Source: Actinomycetes bacterium (GTDB taxonomy: Bacteria; Actinomycetota; Acidimicrobiia; Acidimicrobiales; GCA-2861595). Taken from it: a DNA stretch of 64,000 nucleotides. Positions 1 to 10,519 of the stretch are shown in pieces. Below the pieces are notes generated by a model, which did no database searches, was not told where the DNA came from, and saw only the letters and a program-made list of their open reading frames with translations. The stretch lies in the NCBI GenBank assembly GCA_023264975.1, contig JAHFUS010000005.1:10771-74770 (forward strand). Direction: 5' to 3'. The position numbers and the translations under genes were made by a program. Numbering within the stretch: the stretch's first letter is position 1; every line of letters begins with the position of its first letter.

Positions 1-1707
1 GGCGGCTCCGACGTTGGTGCCGGGTGATTGGGTGACGGTGACGTCTGCGCCGTTGGTGAGGCGGGCGTCGATGTCGGCTTGTTGGCGGTAGGTGGCGTTG
101 AAAACCGCGGTGGATGCCGCGAAGGCCGTGGTGAGGGCCACGAGCACGAGCGCGTTGGCGAGGATCCGGCGTTGTCGTGACATGGAGGAAGCGACGGTGC
201 CTGCGAGGGGGCCGGCGACGGGACGGAGCACGCGGCGCATGATCGGTCGGCCGCGCCCGAGGATCAGGTCGGCGATCCGCCAGGCGAACAGCCCGGCTCC
301 AGTCCACAGCAGCGCCGGTCCGGCGAAGGCCCAGTAGCTGACGGAGATGGTGGGGACCCCTTCGGGGGCGAGGACGAGTTTGTAGCCGCCGCGCCCGGTG
401 AGCCAGAAGATCAGTGCGCCGGCGCCGAGAAGCAGGAGGTCGAGGCCGTAGCTGGCCCAGCGGGGAGGACCTGCCCGGCCGACGCTGCGACGCCCGGCAA
501 TGACGGTCACGCCGCGGGCGTCACGCCAGGCCGGCACGGCGATGGTGGCAGCGGCGATGAGGAACCCGACGGCGGCGGACCCGGCGGCCCAGCCGGCGGC
601 GGCGACCGTGGTGGCACCGAAGCCGAAGGTCCCGAACATGGCTTTGCCGAGCGCGAGCGCGGCGGCCAACCCGACGGTGGCGCCGATAGCGCCGACGGCC
701 GCGGCTTCGATGCCGCCCAGCCGAGTGAGCTGGCTTCCCGTGGCGCCGCGGGCCCGCAACAGCGCTTGTTCCTTACGGCGCCGGTCGACGCCTGCGCCAG
801 CCACCGCGGCGGTGAGCAGCCCGGCGAGAACGGCGCCGGGGAGGCCGAGGAAGAGGAACAGGATCTGGGCGTAGAGAGCGTCGGCTCGCGCCGCACCGAG
901 GGTGGCGGCGAGGTTGTCACCGACGGTCCCCGCGCCGGCGAGTTTCACCTCGAGGTTGCGGGCCTGGCCCGACACCTGGGAGTAGGCGGCGGAGGGGTCG
1001 GCCGGGAGGTGGTGGGCGAGCCGGGCGTGGATCTGGGTGTGGGCCAGTTCCGGCCGGTTCTGAGCGAGCGGGTCGAACAGGGCGTGCCATTGGGCGGCTG
1101 GGAGGAGGACGACGTTGTCGGGCGGCGCCTGGGGTTGCGCGCCGACGGGCGCGCCGACGGCCTGGAACAGCGAGTCGGCTTGGGGGAGGTCGACGTCGCC
1201 GTCGACGTGGACGGCAACTGCCGAAAGCCCGGCGCGGCCCACGGTGATGGTGTCACCGGGGGAGGCGTGCAGGTTGGCGGCGGTCTGTTGGGCGAGGAGG
1301 ACGCCCGTGCCGGCGCCGGCGAGGTCCCGCAGTTCCTCGGGGAACGTGTTGCGGTAGCCGTCGGGAAGGCCGAGCACGACACCGGGACCGGTCGACTGGG
1401 TGGACCCGCCGGTGGTGGCCTGTAGGCCGGAGGTGGCGGCGAAGCCGACGGGCGCCGCCGCGGTCACCCCGGGGGCGGCCTTGACGGTGTCGAGCACGAT
1501 GGTGGGGTCGGCGCCGGGCTGGGCTTGAACCTGCCAGTCGACGGCGACGTCGGCGGCGGCCCGGGCGGTCATGGTCGCCTTGGATGCGGACAGGAACGAG
1601 CCGATCGACGCGAGGAGGGCCACGGCGATGGCGACACCGCACGCGGCGGCGGCGAGGCGCCCGCGCCGGCGGGCGGTGAGCCCGCGGAGCCAGGTCAAGC
1701 TGAGCAT
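1..1707 (-). CDS. ABC transporter permease, FtsX/MacB-like, partial (C-terminal end runs off the window at position 1)
   Basis: Absent from the ORF track because its stop lies outside the window. My translation of the minus strand from ATG 1707..1705 reads MLSLTWLRGLTARRRGRLAAAACGVAIAVALLASIGSFLSASK... This gives an N-terminal TM helix, a long extracytoplasmic stretch, then clustered TM helices (..YAQILFLFLGLPGAVLAGLLTAAVAGAG..), typical of FtsX-domain permeases. The start overlaps the end of the upstream ATPase gene. Confidence 0.8.
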   Translation of the reverse strand, partial: MLSLTWLRGLTARRRGRLAAAACGVAIAVALLASIGSFLSASKATMTARAAADVAVDWQVQAQPGADPTIVLDTVKAAPGVTAAAPVGFAATSGLQATTGGSTQSTGPGVVLGLPDGYRNTFPEELRDLAGAGTGVLLAQQTAANLHASPGDTITVGRAGLSAVAVHVDGDVDLPQADSLFQAVGAPVGAQPQAPPDNVVLLPAAQWHALFDPLAQNRPELAHTQIHARLAHHLPADPSAAYSQVSGQARNLEVKLAGAGTVGDNLAATLGAARADALYAQILFLFLGLPGAVLAGLLTAAVAGAGVDRRRKEQALLRARGATGSQLTRLGGIEAAAVGAIGATVGLAAALALGKAMFGTFGFGATTVAAAGWAAGSAAVGFLIAAATIAVPAWRDARGVTVIAGRRSVGRAGPPRWASYGLDLLLLGAGALIFWLTGRGGYKLVLAPEGVPTISVSYWAFAGPALLWTGAGLFAWRIADLILGRGRPIMRRVLRPVAGPLAGTVASSMSRQRRILANALVLVALTTAFAASTAVFNATYRQQADIDARLTNGADVTVTQSPGTNVGAA

Positions 1708-2405
1708 GTGAGGCCCCTTTCGCGCGGGTCGCGCGGGGTGACGAAGCCGCCGTCGGCCATGACCCAACCGGAGTTGAGGCGGGCGGCGACAAGGGGGTCA
1801 TGGGTGGTGAGGACCAGCGCGGCGCCGAGGTCGGTGGCCGAGCGGATCAGGGCGTCGACGATCAGGGCGCCGGCGGCGTGGTCGAGTTGGCCGGTGGGTT
1901 CATCGGCCAGGATGAGCCGGGGTCGGCCGGCGAGGACGCGGGCGACTGCGACTCGTTGGGCTTGCCCGCCGGAGAGCTCCTCGGGAAGCTTGGTTGCCAA
2001 CGCCGAGAGGTGCAGCCGGTCGAGCGCGGCGGCAGCCGCCGCGGTGGCGGCGGCTTCGCTGGTGCCGCCGAGGAGCAGCGGCAGGGCGACGTTCTCGAGC
2101 ACATCGAGGGGCGGGAGCAGGCTCGGGCCTTGGAACACAACGCCGACGGGGCCGGGGCGCAGCGCGTCCCGGTCACCGAGGGCGGGCCAGGACACGCTCC
2201 CGGCGGTGGGTTCGTCGAGCCCGGCGAGCAGGTGCAGCAGGGTCGACTTTCCGGACCCGGACGGCCCGGTGATGGCGACCTGTTGAGCGGCGAGGATCTC
2301 GCAGGTGATGTCGTGCACGGCGACGACGGCGCCGAATCCGGAGCCGAACGTTCGGGCGACGCCGTCGCAGCGGACCAACACCCGGCCGTTCTCGCTTGCG
2401 GTCAT
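1695..2405 (-). CDS. ABC transporter ATP-binding protein (MacB/LolD-like)
   Basis: ORF track 236 aa. Walker A GPSGSGKST, ABC signature LSGGQAQRVAVAR, Walker B LILADEPTGQLD. ATGA start/stop overlap with the upstream ATPase at 2402..2405. Confidence 0.9.
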   Translation of the reverse strand: MTASENGRVLVRCDGVARTFGSGFGAVVAVHDITCEILAAQQVAITGPSGSGKSTLLHLLAGLDEPTAGSVSWPALGDRDALRPGPVGVVFQGPSLLPPLDVLENVALPLLLGGTSEAAATAAAAAALDRLHLSALATKLPEELSGGQAQRVAVARVLAGRPRLILADEPTGQLDHAAGALIVDALIRSATDLGAALVLTTHDPLVAARLNSGWVMADGGFVTPRDPRERGLTCSA

Positions 2406-3064
2406 TGGGTCACCGCGCCGTCGGTGAGCTCGACGGTGCGGTCGGTGGCGGCGGCCACACCGCGACTGTGGGTGACGATGACGACCGCGGCGCCGGCGTC
2501 GGCTCGGCGGCGGAGCAGGGCGAGCACCTGGTGCTCGGTCGCAGCGTCGACCTCGCCGGTCGGTTCGTCGGCGAGCAGTACGGCGGGGTTGTTGGCCAGC
2601 GCGACGGCGAGCCCGGCTCGGGCCGCTTCACCGCCGGACAGCTGCGAGGGGTGGGCGTGGCGCCGTCGGCTGATTCCGAGGTCGTCGAGCAGGCCGGCGC
2701 GACGTCCGGCGTCGCGGGTGCCGGCCAACGCCTGGGCGAGGGCGAGGTTCTGGTCGACTGTGAGGTGTTCGAGAAGGTTGGCGGACTGGAACAGCATCCC
2801 GATGTGGCGGGCCCGCAACGCGGCCCGTTCAGGTTCGGGACGCCGCGAGACGGCGTGGCCGGCGACGTGGACCATTCCGCCGTCGGGCTCGTCGAGGCCG
2901 GCGAGGCAGGCGAGGAGGGTCGACTTGCCTGACCCGGACGGCCCGGTGACCGCCACCATCTCGCCGCTGTCGACGCTGATCGACACCCCCCGCAACGCCA
3001 GCGTCTCCTCGTCGCCGGCATGGAAGAACCGGTAGAGGTCCTGTGCCTCGAGCGCGGCGGTCAT
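2402..3064 (-). CDS. ABC transporter ATP-binding protein (second, distinct ATPase)
   Basis: C-terminal 220 aa of ORF 2402..3646 (MTAALEAQDLYRFF...). Walker A GPSGSGKST, signature LSGGEAARAGLA, Walker B LLADEPTGEVD. The Arg-rich N-terminal extension in the track overlaps the lipoprotein gene and was trimmed. ATG 3064 forms an ATGA overlap with the lipoprotein stop (3063..3061). Confidence 0.88.
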   Translation of the reverse strand: MTAALEAQDLYRFFHAGDEETLALRGVSISVDSGEMVAVTGPSGSGKSTLLACLAGLDEPDGGMVHVAGHAVSRRPEPERAALRARHIGMLFQSANLLEHLTVDQNLALAQALAGTRDAGRRAGLLDDLGISRRRHAHPSQLSGGEAARAGLAVALANNPAVLLADEPTGEVDAATEHQVLALLRRRADAGAAVVIVTHSRGVAAATDRTVELTDGAVTQ

Positions 3065-3705
3065 GCCTGCCATCCGAAGGAGTCGGTGACGATCCGCCAT
3101 GGGTCGACGTTGTCGGCGCCCTGAGGACCCGACAGGGTGAGGATGACCTCGGTGCCTGACTTCCAGAACTCGTAGCGTTCGACGGCGTCGTGCACGACCT
3201 TGCCGGTCACCGGGTCCGGTGCGCTGTCGGCCCGGTAGGTGAGCAGCACCGCGGGGCCGGCTTTTCGGGTGACGGCACTGACCTTGCCGGCCTGGAAGTT
3301 CTTGGCCGCGGCGCGGATGGCCGGCAGCTCGGTCTGCTCGGCGGACGGCACCGTCGGCGCGCTGGATGCCGGCACCGACTCCATGAGAACGCGGTTGAGC
3401 TTGTCGGTGAAGGTGACCGCGCCGCCGGCCTCGGTGCGGGCCCAGCCTTCGGGGACCTTTACGCTGAACCCGCCCGCCGGCGGCGTGTAGGCGACGAACA
3501 CCTGGTTGTCGCGGATGTCTCCGGCCGGATTGACCTCTGCTGCGTTCGGGTCGACGCCGGGTCCCTTCGTGTTCGACGGTGCCGTGGCCGTCGTCGATCC
3601 CTTCGAGGTCGCTGCCGGGCCGCTCGACGAGCCTCCGCCGCCGCACGCGGCGGCGGTCAAGGTCAGAGCGATCGAGCCGGAGACGATCAGAACGGTGCGC
3701 TTCAT
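3061..3705 (-). CDS. Secreted lipoprotein of unknown function, first gene of the ABC operon
   Basis: Trimmed from ORF 3061..3801 to MKRTVLIVSGSIALTLTAAAC (signal peptide plus lipobox LTAAAC). GAGGAG Shine-Dalgarno 6 nt upstream of ATG 3705. Gly/Ser/Thr-rich linker follows the lipobox. Confidence 0.75.
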   Translation of the reverse strand: MKRTVLIVSGSIALTLTAAACGGGGSSSGPAATSKGSTTATAPSNTKGPGVDPNAAEVNPAGDIRDNQVFVAYTPPAGGFSVKVPEGWARTEAGGAVTFTDKLNRVLMESVPASSAPTVPSAEQTELPAIRAAAKNFQAGKVSAVTRKAGPAVLLTYRADSAPDPVTGKVVHDAVERYEFWKSGTEVILTLSGPQGADNVDPWRIVTDSFGWQA

Positions 3706-3849
3706 GAGGTGCTCCTCGGGTTGCGATGACCTGACCGTACGAGTCAAGGCGTCACCGGCCGCTGCGGTGAAGGTCAACGCCACCTGAACTCTCGGGCCCA
3801 CCCGCGTGTTCGAGGCTCCCGCCGTCGGGGCGCCTCCTACGCTGGGCCG

Positions 3850-4532
<683 letters not shown>

Positions 4533-4536
<4 letters not shown>

Positions 4537-5894
4537 CCCGCCGCATCCTGTCCGCCATCGTGCTCGTCGCCGGGCTGGTCATCGTCGGCTTCGGTGTCCC
4601 GCTCGGCGCCGCCGTCCAGGACCTCTACCGCGAGGAAGCCATGGCCCAGCTCGTCCGCGAGGCCGCCCGCGCCGGTGCCGGCGTCCCTTCCTCCATCGAT
4701 CCCAGCGACCCGATCGAGCTTCCCCGCTCGCCGCACGGCATCGATCTTGCCGTCTACACCCCCGACGGTCGACGCCTCACCGGCACCGGTCCGCTCCAGG
4801 GCGGCGAGGAGGTCGCGCTCGCCGCCGCCGGCCGGATCGCCGAATCCGAAGGTGACCCGTTCGTCGTCGCCGCACCCCTCAGCAGTGCCGAGCACGTCGT
4901 CGCCGTGGTCCGCGCCGAACTTCCGGCCTCCACCGTCGCCAACCGGGTCGACCGTGCCTGGCTGCTCATGACCGCCCTCGCCGCCGGCCTGCTCCTGTTG
5001 GCCGCCATCGTCGGGCGAGCGCTCTCCGCCCGCATCGCCAAACCGGTCGCCGAGCTCGCGTCGGCATCGGCCCGGCTCGGCCACGGTGACTTCACCGTCC
5101 GTCCCGCCAAATCCGGCATCCCTGAGCTGGACGACGCGGCCGAGAACCTGGGCCTCACCGCCGAACGACTGGGACGTCTCCTTGACCGTGAACGCGCCTT
5201 CAGTGCCGACGCGTCCCACCAGCTCCGCACCCCGCTCACCGGGCTCCGCCTTCACCTCGAGACCGCGCTCGCCAACCCATCGGTGGATCCGCGAGCGACG
5301 ATTAACGTCGTGCTCGGCGAGGTCGACCGCCTGGAGGCCACCATCGAGGATCTCCTTGCCCTCGCCCGAGAAGCGCAGACCAGCCGCGGACCCCTCGACA
5401 TCCACGGCGTCATCGACGCCGCCGAACAGGCCTGGCACGGCGCCCTGGCCGCGCAGGGCCGCCCGTTGCGCATCGAGATCGCCGACCCGCTCACCGCCCA
5501 CGCGTCGGGCGCAGCCGTCTCCCAAATCCTCGATGTGTTGCTCGCCAACGCGGCCGAGCACGGCACCGGCGTCGTCCAGATCCGCGCCTCCCGCGTCGGC
5601 GAGGGAGTCGTCATCGACGTGTCCGACGACGGGCCCGGGCCCGAAGGCGATCCCGACGCGATCTTCCAACGCCGCTCCGGGGCGGGCCACGGCATCGGCC
5701 TCTCGCTGGCGCGGTCCCTCGCCCACGCCGAGGGCGGGCGGCTCCTGCTCGCCCACCCCGGATCCCCCACGACGTTCCGTCTCGTGCTGCTCGACACCGA
5801 CCCCGCCGAACCCGCTCCCCGAAACCCGCAGCCGAAGGTGATGCTCGCGGGAGTCGATCAGCGCCGTCAGGCGAGCAGCTCGCCGGGAGTCTGA
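4533..5894 (+). CDS. Sensor histidine kinase
   Basis: Trimmed from ORF 4395..5894 to MTRRILSAIVLVAGLVIVGF (ATGA overlap with the regulator stop). Two TM helices, H-box FSADASHQLRTPLTGL, ATPase boxes DDGPGP and GHGIGLSLARSL. Confidence 0.9.
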
Positions 5895-5976
5895 TACACC
5901 GAACGTCCCCATTCGCCTCTCGCCTCTCGCCGGCGTTGGGCCGACTGCTCGTTCGGCTCGGCAGGACGGCGTGGGA

Positions 5977-7320
5977 TCAACGAGCCCGTGGGGCGATCCC
6001 GGGAAGAGGCCGGTGCGCTGCCCTCCAGGCCCGCACCAGATGGTCGGGGCGCGCCATCAGCTCGGGCCGGGCCTGGAGGTTGAGGACGCGCAGGAACAGC
6101 CGGTGCACGTCGGCGTCGCGCAGGGTCGCCCGGGTGTAGAGGTCATTGAGGCGGTGCGTCATCCACAAGCCCTTCGGACGGTCGCCGGTGACGTGGCTCA
6201 GCCGGAAGTCGGCCGTGGTTGACAACGTCCAGACGGAGTCCACAACAGAACTCAGCCGCCGGAAGTAGCTCATGGCCGGCTCGAGGACGGTCGCGCCGGA
6301 GGCGAGGTAGGCGCCGATCTCGGCCGCGTGGAGCGCGGCCGATGTCATCCCCTGGCCGTAGATGGGGTTGAACGAGGCGACGGCGTCCCCGGCCGCGAGG
6401 AAGCCAGCGGGGAGGCGCTTGCAGCGGTGGTAGTCCCGCCGCACGCTCGCCGCGTAGCGGAAGGTGACCACGTCGGTCAGGGCATCGTCGCGATCGGCGA
6501 ACTGGCGCAGGGCGACGGCGGGATCCGCAGCGAGCCGGGACGAGAAGTCGTCGGGGTCCAGGGTGGGCCGGTCGTCGTGGTAGCCACCTACCGTCACGAT
6601 CCACCGGCCGGCCTCGACCGCAAAGGCCACCGACCCCCGGAACCGGTCGGGTTCCTCGGTTATCGAGAGGATGCCTCGGGCTCCGTCGAGCCGGTCATCG
6701 GGCTGGCGGGGGAACAGACGCGTCGCGTACCCCAGCTCGACGTTCACGGACCGGCGGGGCGGCGCCTCGTAGCCCAACGCGCCCAGCCAGGCGTCGGCGC
6801 GACTGGTACGCCCGGAGCAGTCGACGACAAGGTCGCCGCGCAGACGCTCGCCCTCGGTCGCTCCGGCCGAGCCCTCGAGGACGGCACCGTCGACCTTGCC
6901 GCCGGTGGCGGTGAGGTGGTCCACCCGACCACGGACCGCCGTGACGTTGGGGAGGGCGGTCAGCCGGCGCCGAAGGTGGGCCTCGAGGAAGGGCCGGGTG
7001 CTGGCGATGCCGTTGCCGATCTCGGCGGGAGGCTTGCGTGCGCCCCCGACGTACCAGTGGAGGTCGACGCCGGGGTCGGCGATCTCGCCGCCGTCCGCGG
7101 CCAACTCGGCGGTGATCCCAGGGAACAGCCGCTCGATCTCTTCGAGGCCCCGGGCAAGGAGCCCGTGGACGTGCCTTCCCTGCGGCACGCCCTTCCGTTC
7201 GGCAGGGCCGCCGGCCAGCTCGTCCCGGTCGACGACCATCACCTCTTCGGCGTGGTCCGCGAGGACTCGCGCGGCGAGGAGCCCGGCGACGCTTCCGCCG
7301 AGCACCAGTGCGCGTTCCAC
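5977..7320 (-). CDS. FAD-dependent oxidoreductase/monooxygenase family protein
   Basis: 447 aa. N-terminal dinucleotide fold VLGGSVAGLLAARVLA. Flavoprotein-monooxygenase-type GDAVASFNPIYGQGMT motif. Confidence 0.8.
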   Translation of the reverse strand: MERALVLGGSVAGLLAARVLADHAEEVMVVDRDELAGGPAERKGVPQGRHVHGLLARGLEEIERLFPGITAELAADGGEIADPGVDLHWYVGGARKPPAEIGNGIASTRPFLEAHLRRRLTALPNVTAVRGRVDHLTATGGKVDGAVLEGSAGATEGERLRGDLVVDCSGRTSRADAWLGALGYEAPPRRSVNVELGYATRLFPRQPDDRLDGARGILSITEEPDRFRGSVAFAVEAGRWIVTVGGYHDDRPTLDPDDFSSRLAADPAVALRQFADRDDALTDVVTFRYAASVRRDYHRCKRLPAGFLAAGDAVASFNPIYGQGMTSAALHAAEIGAYLASGATVLEPAMSYFRRLSSVVDSVWTLSTTADFRLSHVTGDRPKGLWMTHRLNDLYTRATLRDADVHRLFLRVLNLQARPELMARPDHLVRAWRAAHRPLPGIAPRAR

Positions 7321-7383
7321 ATCGGCATGGCTACCAGAACGAAAACGGCAAGACCACCGGCGCGACGGGCGCGTGCGGTGTGC

Positions 7384-10152
7384 CTACACGTCGCCCTTCG
7401 TGAGCCGGACTGTGGCGATGGCCCAGGGGGCCAGGGCGAACGAGCCGTCGAACGCGGCAACAGGGCGTCCCCGAAGGTCGACCAGCCAACCGGTACGGCC
7501 GTCGATCCGGACCGTCACAGGCAACGCAGTCGGGTTGAACACCCGCACCTCCAAGGCCCCGGCGACGCGCTGGAGGGCGGACACCTCGGCGCCCTCGACG
7601 GTGAGGGCCCGGCCCGACGGCGGCCGGTTCCCGCCCCCGTCGGCATGCACGACCGGCAGCGGCAGGAAGGCGTCGTCGGCCAGGGCGTAGGCGTCGGCGT
7701 CGCCTACGTGGACGGCGTACCGGGCCTCCACCGGCCCGAGCATCTGCGGGCCGTCGAGCCGATCGGGCGGGCCGGCGGGAAGCGGCCGGGTCAGCATCTC
7801 GACGCGCGAGAGCATGCCGGTGGCCCGCAGGAGGGTGACGGCAAGGGTGGCGGCGGTGTCGTCCTCCACGTCCACCAGCTCGTACTCGAGCAGGCCCTCG
7901 TGGACGACGGTGAGGCCGCCCGCCTGCACGAACCGGCGGGACGGGAAGGTGGGCAGCGGCTCCTCGGTGGGGCCGCCCTCCGCCTCGAGACCCCGCTCCA
8001 CCACGGCGAAGGCGCACTCGGCCCGGCTGACGGTCGCCGGTCCCGGGAGCGGGAAGTGGGCCCGCAGGCGGTGGTCCCGGCTCGGGTTGTCGAATGTCGT
8101 ATGCACGCGCACGAGCCGCTCGCCGGCCCGCACCTCGAGGACGGTGGTGACCTCGACCGTCCGCTCGCCTATGCGCGTTCGCTCCTCGTCGTCGATGCCC
8201 TCGTGCCACGTGAAGGTCCGCCGCACACGCAGGCGGCCCCGAAGGGGACCGGTCTCGACGGCGTCGGTGACCACCGCGTCCGGCGTGTCGACCACCGTGT
8301 CGAACTCGGGCGGCGACCAGTTGTAGGTGTCGCCGTGGTCGCCGCCGTCGACCAGCCGGTCGAAGCCGGCCAGCCCATCGACGGAGAACGTGCCGTCCTC
8401 GGCGTCGACCTCGATGCGCACCAGGCCGTTGTCGAGGACGTTGTCACCCTCGGCCCGCACCGGCTCGGCGGTGCTCGCCGCCGGGGTCCAGGCCGCCCAT
8501 CCGTACCCGGGCACGTCGTCGACCCGGGCCAGCACCCGCCGCGACGGCGGTTGGCTGATGCGCACCCGCACGTCCATGTCGGGCCGGGCGCCGGCCCGCG
8601 CGTAGAGGTCCCGCTTCACCTGCTCGACCAGGAACTCCGTGCGCAGGCGGGCGTCGGCGTGCAGGACGATGTCGAGACCGTCGTCGGTCTCGACCACGTC
8701 GACGGCGTTCACGTAGGTGGTGGCGTCGAGCTGCTGGCTGCGGATCTGGGCCAGGATCCCGCCCAGGTCCCGGGCCTTCACGGTGCGGTCGGCCAGCGCC
8801 GGCGGGCGGTCGTCCAGCACCTGCGTGCCGGGCAGGCGCCCCTCCCCCGCGACTGTGATCTCCACCAGGCCGCTGCGGGCCCGGGCGCTCGGGTTGACCA
8901 CCACCGGGCCGGGCTCGGCCATGGACGACGCCAGGGCGGCGAGAGCCCGGTCGGCCAGGCCGTCGGCGATCTGGCGGGCCTCGGCGAAGCGGTGGAGGAC
9001 GGCGGCGCCCACCTCGTCGGCCGAGCAGGCGCAGATGGAGTCGTGGGCCGAGTTACGGATGACCTCCTTCCACGCCAGCGCCAGCAGCCGGTCGGGCCAC
9101 CGGGCGGGCTCGACGAACAGGGCGCACAGCGGCTCGGCCATGCGCTCCAGGGCCCGCTCGGTCCGGGCCGCCGCCTGCTTCACGTCGACCCGGTTCGACG
9201 CCACGCCCATGAGCAGGTTGGCCCGGGCGCCCGAGCGCAGCTCGCCGGTCCACACCGGCAGCCCGCCGGTGGGAGCGGTGGCCAGGTACTCGGCCAGCGA
9301 CGTCACTTCGAGGCGGTACTCGTCCTGGAGGTCGTTGGCCTCGGCCACCACCCTGCCGAGCCACGGTTGCGGCACCTGGTGGTCGGTGCCGTTCATGAAC
9401 AGCAGGCCGTCGAGGAGGAACGGCTCGACCTCGGCCTCGTGGGAGGCGATGCGGGCGACGAGCGCCTTGGCGTCGTCGGGGATGGCGGCGCCGTTGCCGT
9501 AGCCCCTCAACAGGTACTCGGCTCGCACGGTCGACCCGTCCGGCGCCGACCAACGGAATGCCGACCGGTCGACGGCGCCGGGCACGCCCCGCCACACGAC
9601 TGCGTGCTCGAGCCCGGCCTGGCGCAGGAGCTGGGGCATCTGGGCGATGTGGCCGAACATGTCGGGGAGATAGCCGACCTGGGCCGCTCCGCCGAACGCC
9701 GCCGCCCGCTCCATGCCGAGCTGGAGGTTGCGCACGATGGTCTCGCCCGACACGGCGAACTCGTCCATGAGGACGTACCACGGCCCCATGGCCACCCGGC
9801 CGCCGGCGCCCAGGCGCCGCAGCGTCGCCTCCGCCTCGGGGCGTACCTCGAGGTAGTCGTCCACCACCGCCATCTGCCCGTCGAGCAGGAACCGGGCGTA
9901 CCCGAGGTCGGCCTCCAGCATGGGTAGGAATTCGTCGAGGAGGTCGACCAGGCGGAGGCGGAACGACTGGAACGGGGCGTACCACTCACGGTCCCAGTGG
10001 GTGTGGGGGACGATGGCGACGGTGCGCGGCCGGCGGAGCGTTGGCTGGGTCTCGGGCGTGATGCCAGGGTAGAACGTACAGGTGGGGACTAGAGATGGGA
10101 ACCGACTTTCCGGACGGCGGTCGGCGGGAGGAGCTGGTCGATGGACGGGCAC
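7384..10152 (-). CDS. Glycoside hydrolase family 38 alpha-mannosidase (mannosylglycerate-hydrolase-like); start uncertain
   Basis: ORF 7384..10578. GH38 N-terminal signature VAIVPHTHWDREWY, then GPWYVLMDEF and YLPDMFGH. The track N-terminus overlaps cutA on the other strand and is Arg-rich. The nearest in-frame canonical start upstream of the conserved block is GTG 10152. Confidence 0.85.
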   Translation of the reverse strand: MPVHRPAPPADRRPESRFPSLVPTCTFYPGITPETQPTLRRPRTVAIVPHTHWDREWYAPFQSFRLRLVDLLDEFLPMLEADLGYARFLLDGQMAVVDDYLEVRPEAEATLRRLGAGGRVAMGPWYVLMDEFAVSGETIVRNLQLGMERAAAFGGAAQVGYLPDMFGHIAQMPQLLRQAGLEHAVVWRGVPGAVDRSAFRWSAPDGSTVRAEYLLRGYGNGAAIPDDAKALVARIASHEAEVEPFLLDGLLFMNGTDHQVPQPWLGRVVAEANDLQDEYRLEVTSLAEYLATAPTGGLPVWTGELRSGARANLLMGVASNRVDVKQAAARTERALERMAEPLCALFVEPARWPDRLLALAWKEVIRNSAHDSICACSADEVGAAVLHRFAEARQIADGLADRALAALASSMAEPGPVVVNPSARARSGLVEITVAGEGRLPGTQVLDDRPPALADRTVKARDLGGILAQIRSQQLDATTYVNAVDVVETDDGLDIVLHADARLRTEFLVEQVKRDLYARAGARPDMDVRVRISQPPSRRVLARVDDVPGYGWAAWTPAASTAEPVRAEGDNVLDNGLVRIEVDAEDGTFSVDGLAGFDRLVDGGDHGDTYNWSPPEFDTVVDTPDAVVTDAVETGPLRGRLRVRRTFTWHEGIDDEERTRIGERTVEVTTVLEVRAGERLVRVHTTFDNPSRDHRLRAHFPLPGPATVSRAECAFAVVERGLEAEGGPTEEPLPTFPSRRFVQAGGLTVVHEGLLEYELVDVEDDTAATLAVTLLRATGMLSRVEMLTRPLPAGPPDRLDGPQMLGPVEARYAVHVGDADAYALADDAFLPLPVVHADGGGNRPPSGRALTVEGAEVSALQRVAGALEVRVFNPTALPVTVRIDGRTGWLVDLRGRPVAAFDGSFALAPWAIATVRLTKGDV

Positions 10153-10491
10153 GTACAGGTGCTGACGACGGCCGGCAGCCCCGAGGAGGCGGACGCCATC
10201 GCCGCCGCCCTGCTCGACGCCCGGCTGGCCGCGTGCGTGCAGGTGGTGGGGCCGGTGCGTAGCCGGTATCGCTGGCAGGGTCGGGTGGAGTCGGCCGAGG
10301 AGTGGCTCTGCGTGGTGAAGACCACGGCGGCGGCGGCGGGCGCGGCCATGACCGAGATCGCCCGGGTCCACAGCTACGAAACGCCGGAGATCACTGTGAC
10401 GCCCATCGTGGCCGGCGCTGCGTCGTACCTGGCGTGGATCGACGGGGAGGTCGGCGCCGGCGCCGGCGCACCGGGGCCGTCCGGCCCATAA
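10141..10491 (+). CDS. cutA: Divalent-cation tolerance protein CutA
   Basis: 116 aa. The CutA1 pattern VQVLTTAGSPEEADAIAAALLDARLAACVQV...YRWQG...EEW.CVVKTT...SYETPEI aligns by eye with E. coli CutA. The start could instead be GTG 10156. Confidence 0.85.
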   Translation: MDGHVQVLTTAGSPEEADAIAAALLDARLAACVQVVGPVRSRYRWQGRVESAEEWLCVVKTTAAAAGAAMTEIARVHSYETPEITVTPIVAGAASYLAWIDGEVGAGAGAPGPSGP

Positions 10492-10519
10492 CGGCGGGAC
10501 CGGCCGTACGCTTGCATGC

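Noticed and set aside
2402-3646. N-terminal extensions of track ORFs. Examples: 2402..3646, 4395..5894, 11641..13116, 20485..22335, 23248..25527, 32476..34524, 32826..36395, 41297..42886, 45026..47224, 46249..48729, 47172..49256, 61347..63188
   Set aside because: The extensions are Arg-rich, overlap the neighbouring real gene, and precede an internal start with a good SD or a start/stop overlap. I trimmed them to the internal start.
3706-3849. Direct GTCAA repeats in the lipoprotein/TCS divergent promoter region as possible OmpR-type binding sites
   Set aside because: There are only two 5-mers, 30 bp apart. The spacing is not helical-phase typical (about 10-11 or 21 bp) and the match is too short to support a call.
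6328-9927. 1199-aa plus-strand ORF, the longest in the track
   Set aside because: It is antisense to the GH38 gene, whose minus-strand product carries unmistakable family motifs. The plus-strand product is Arg/Gly/Pro/Val low-complexity sequence with no motif, a typical high-GC shadow ORF.
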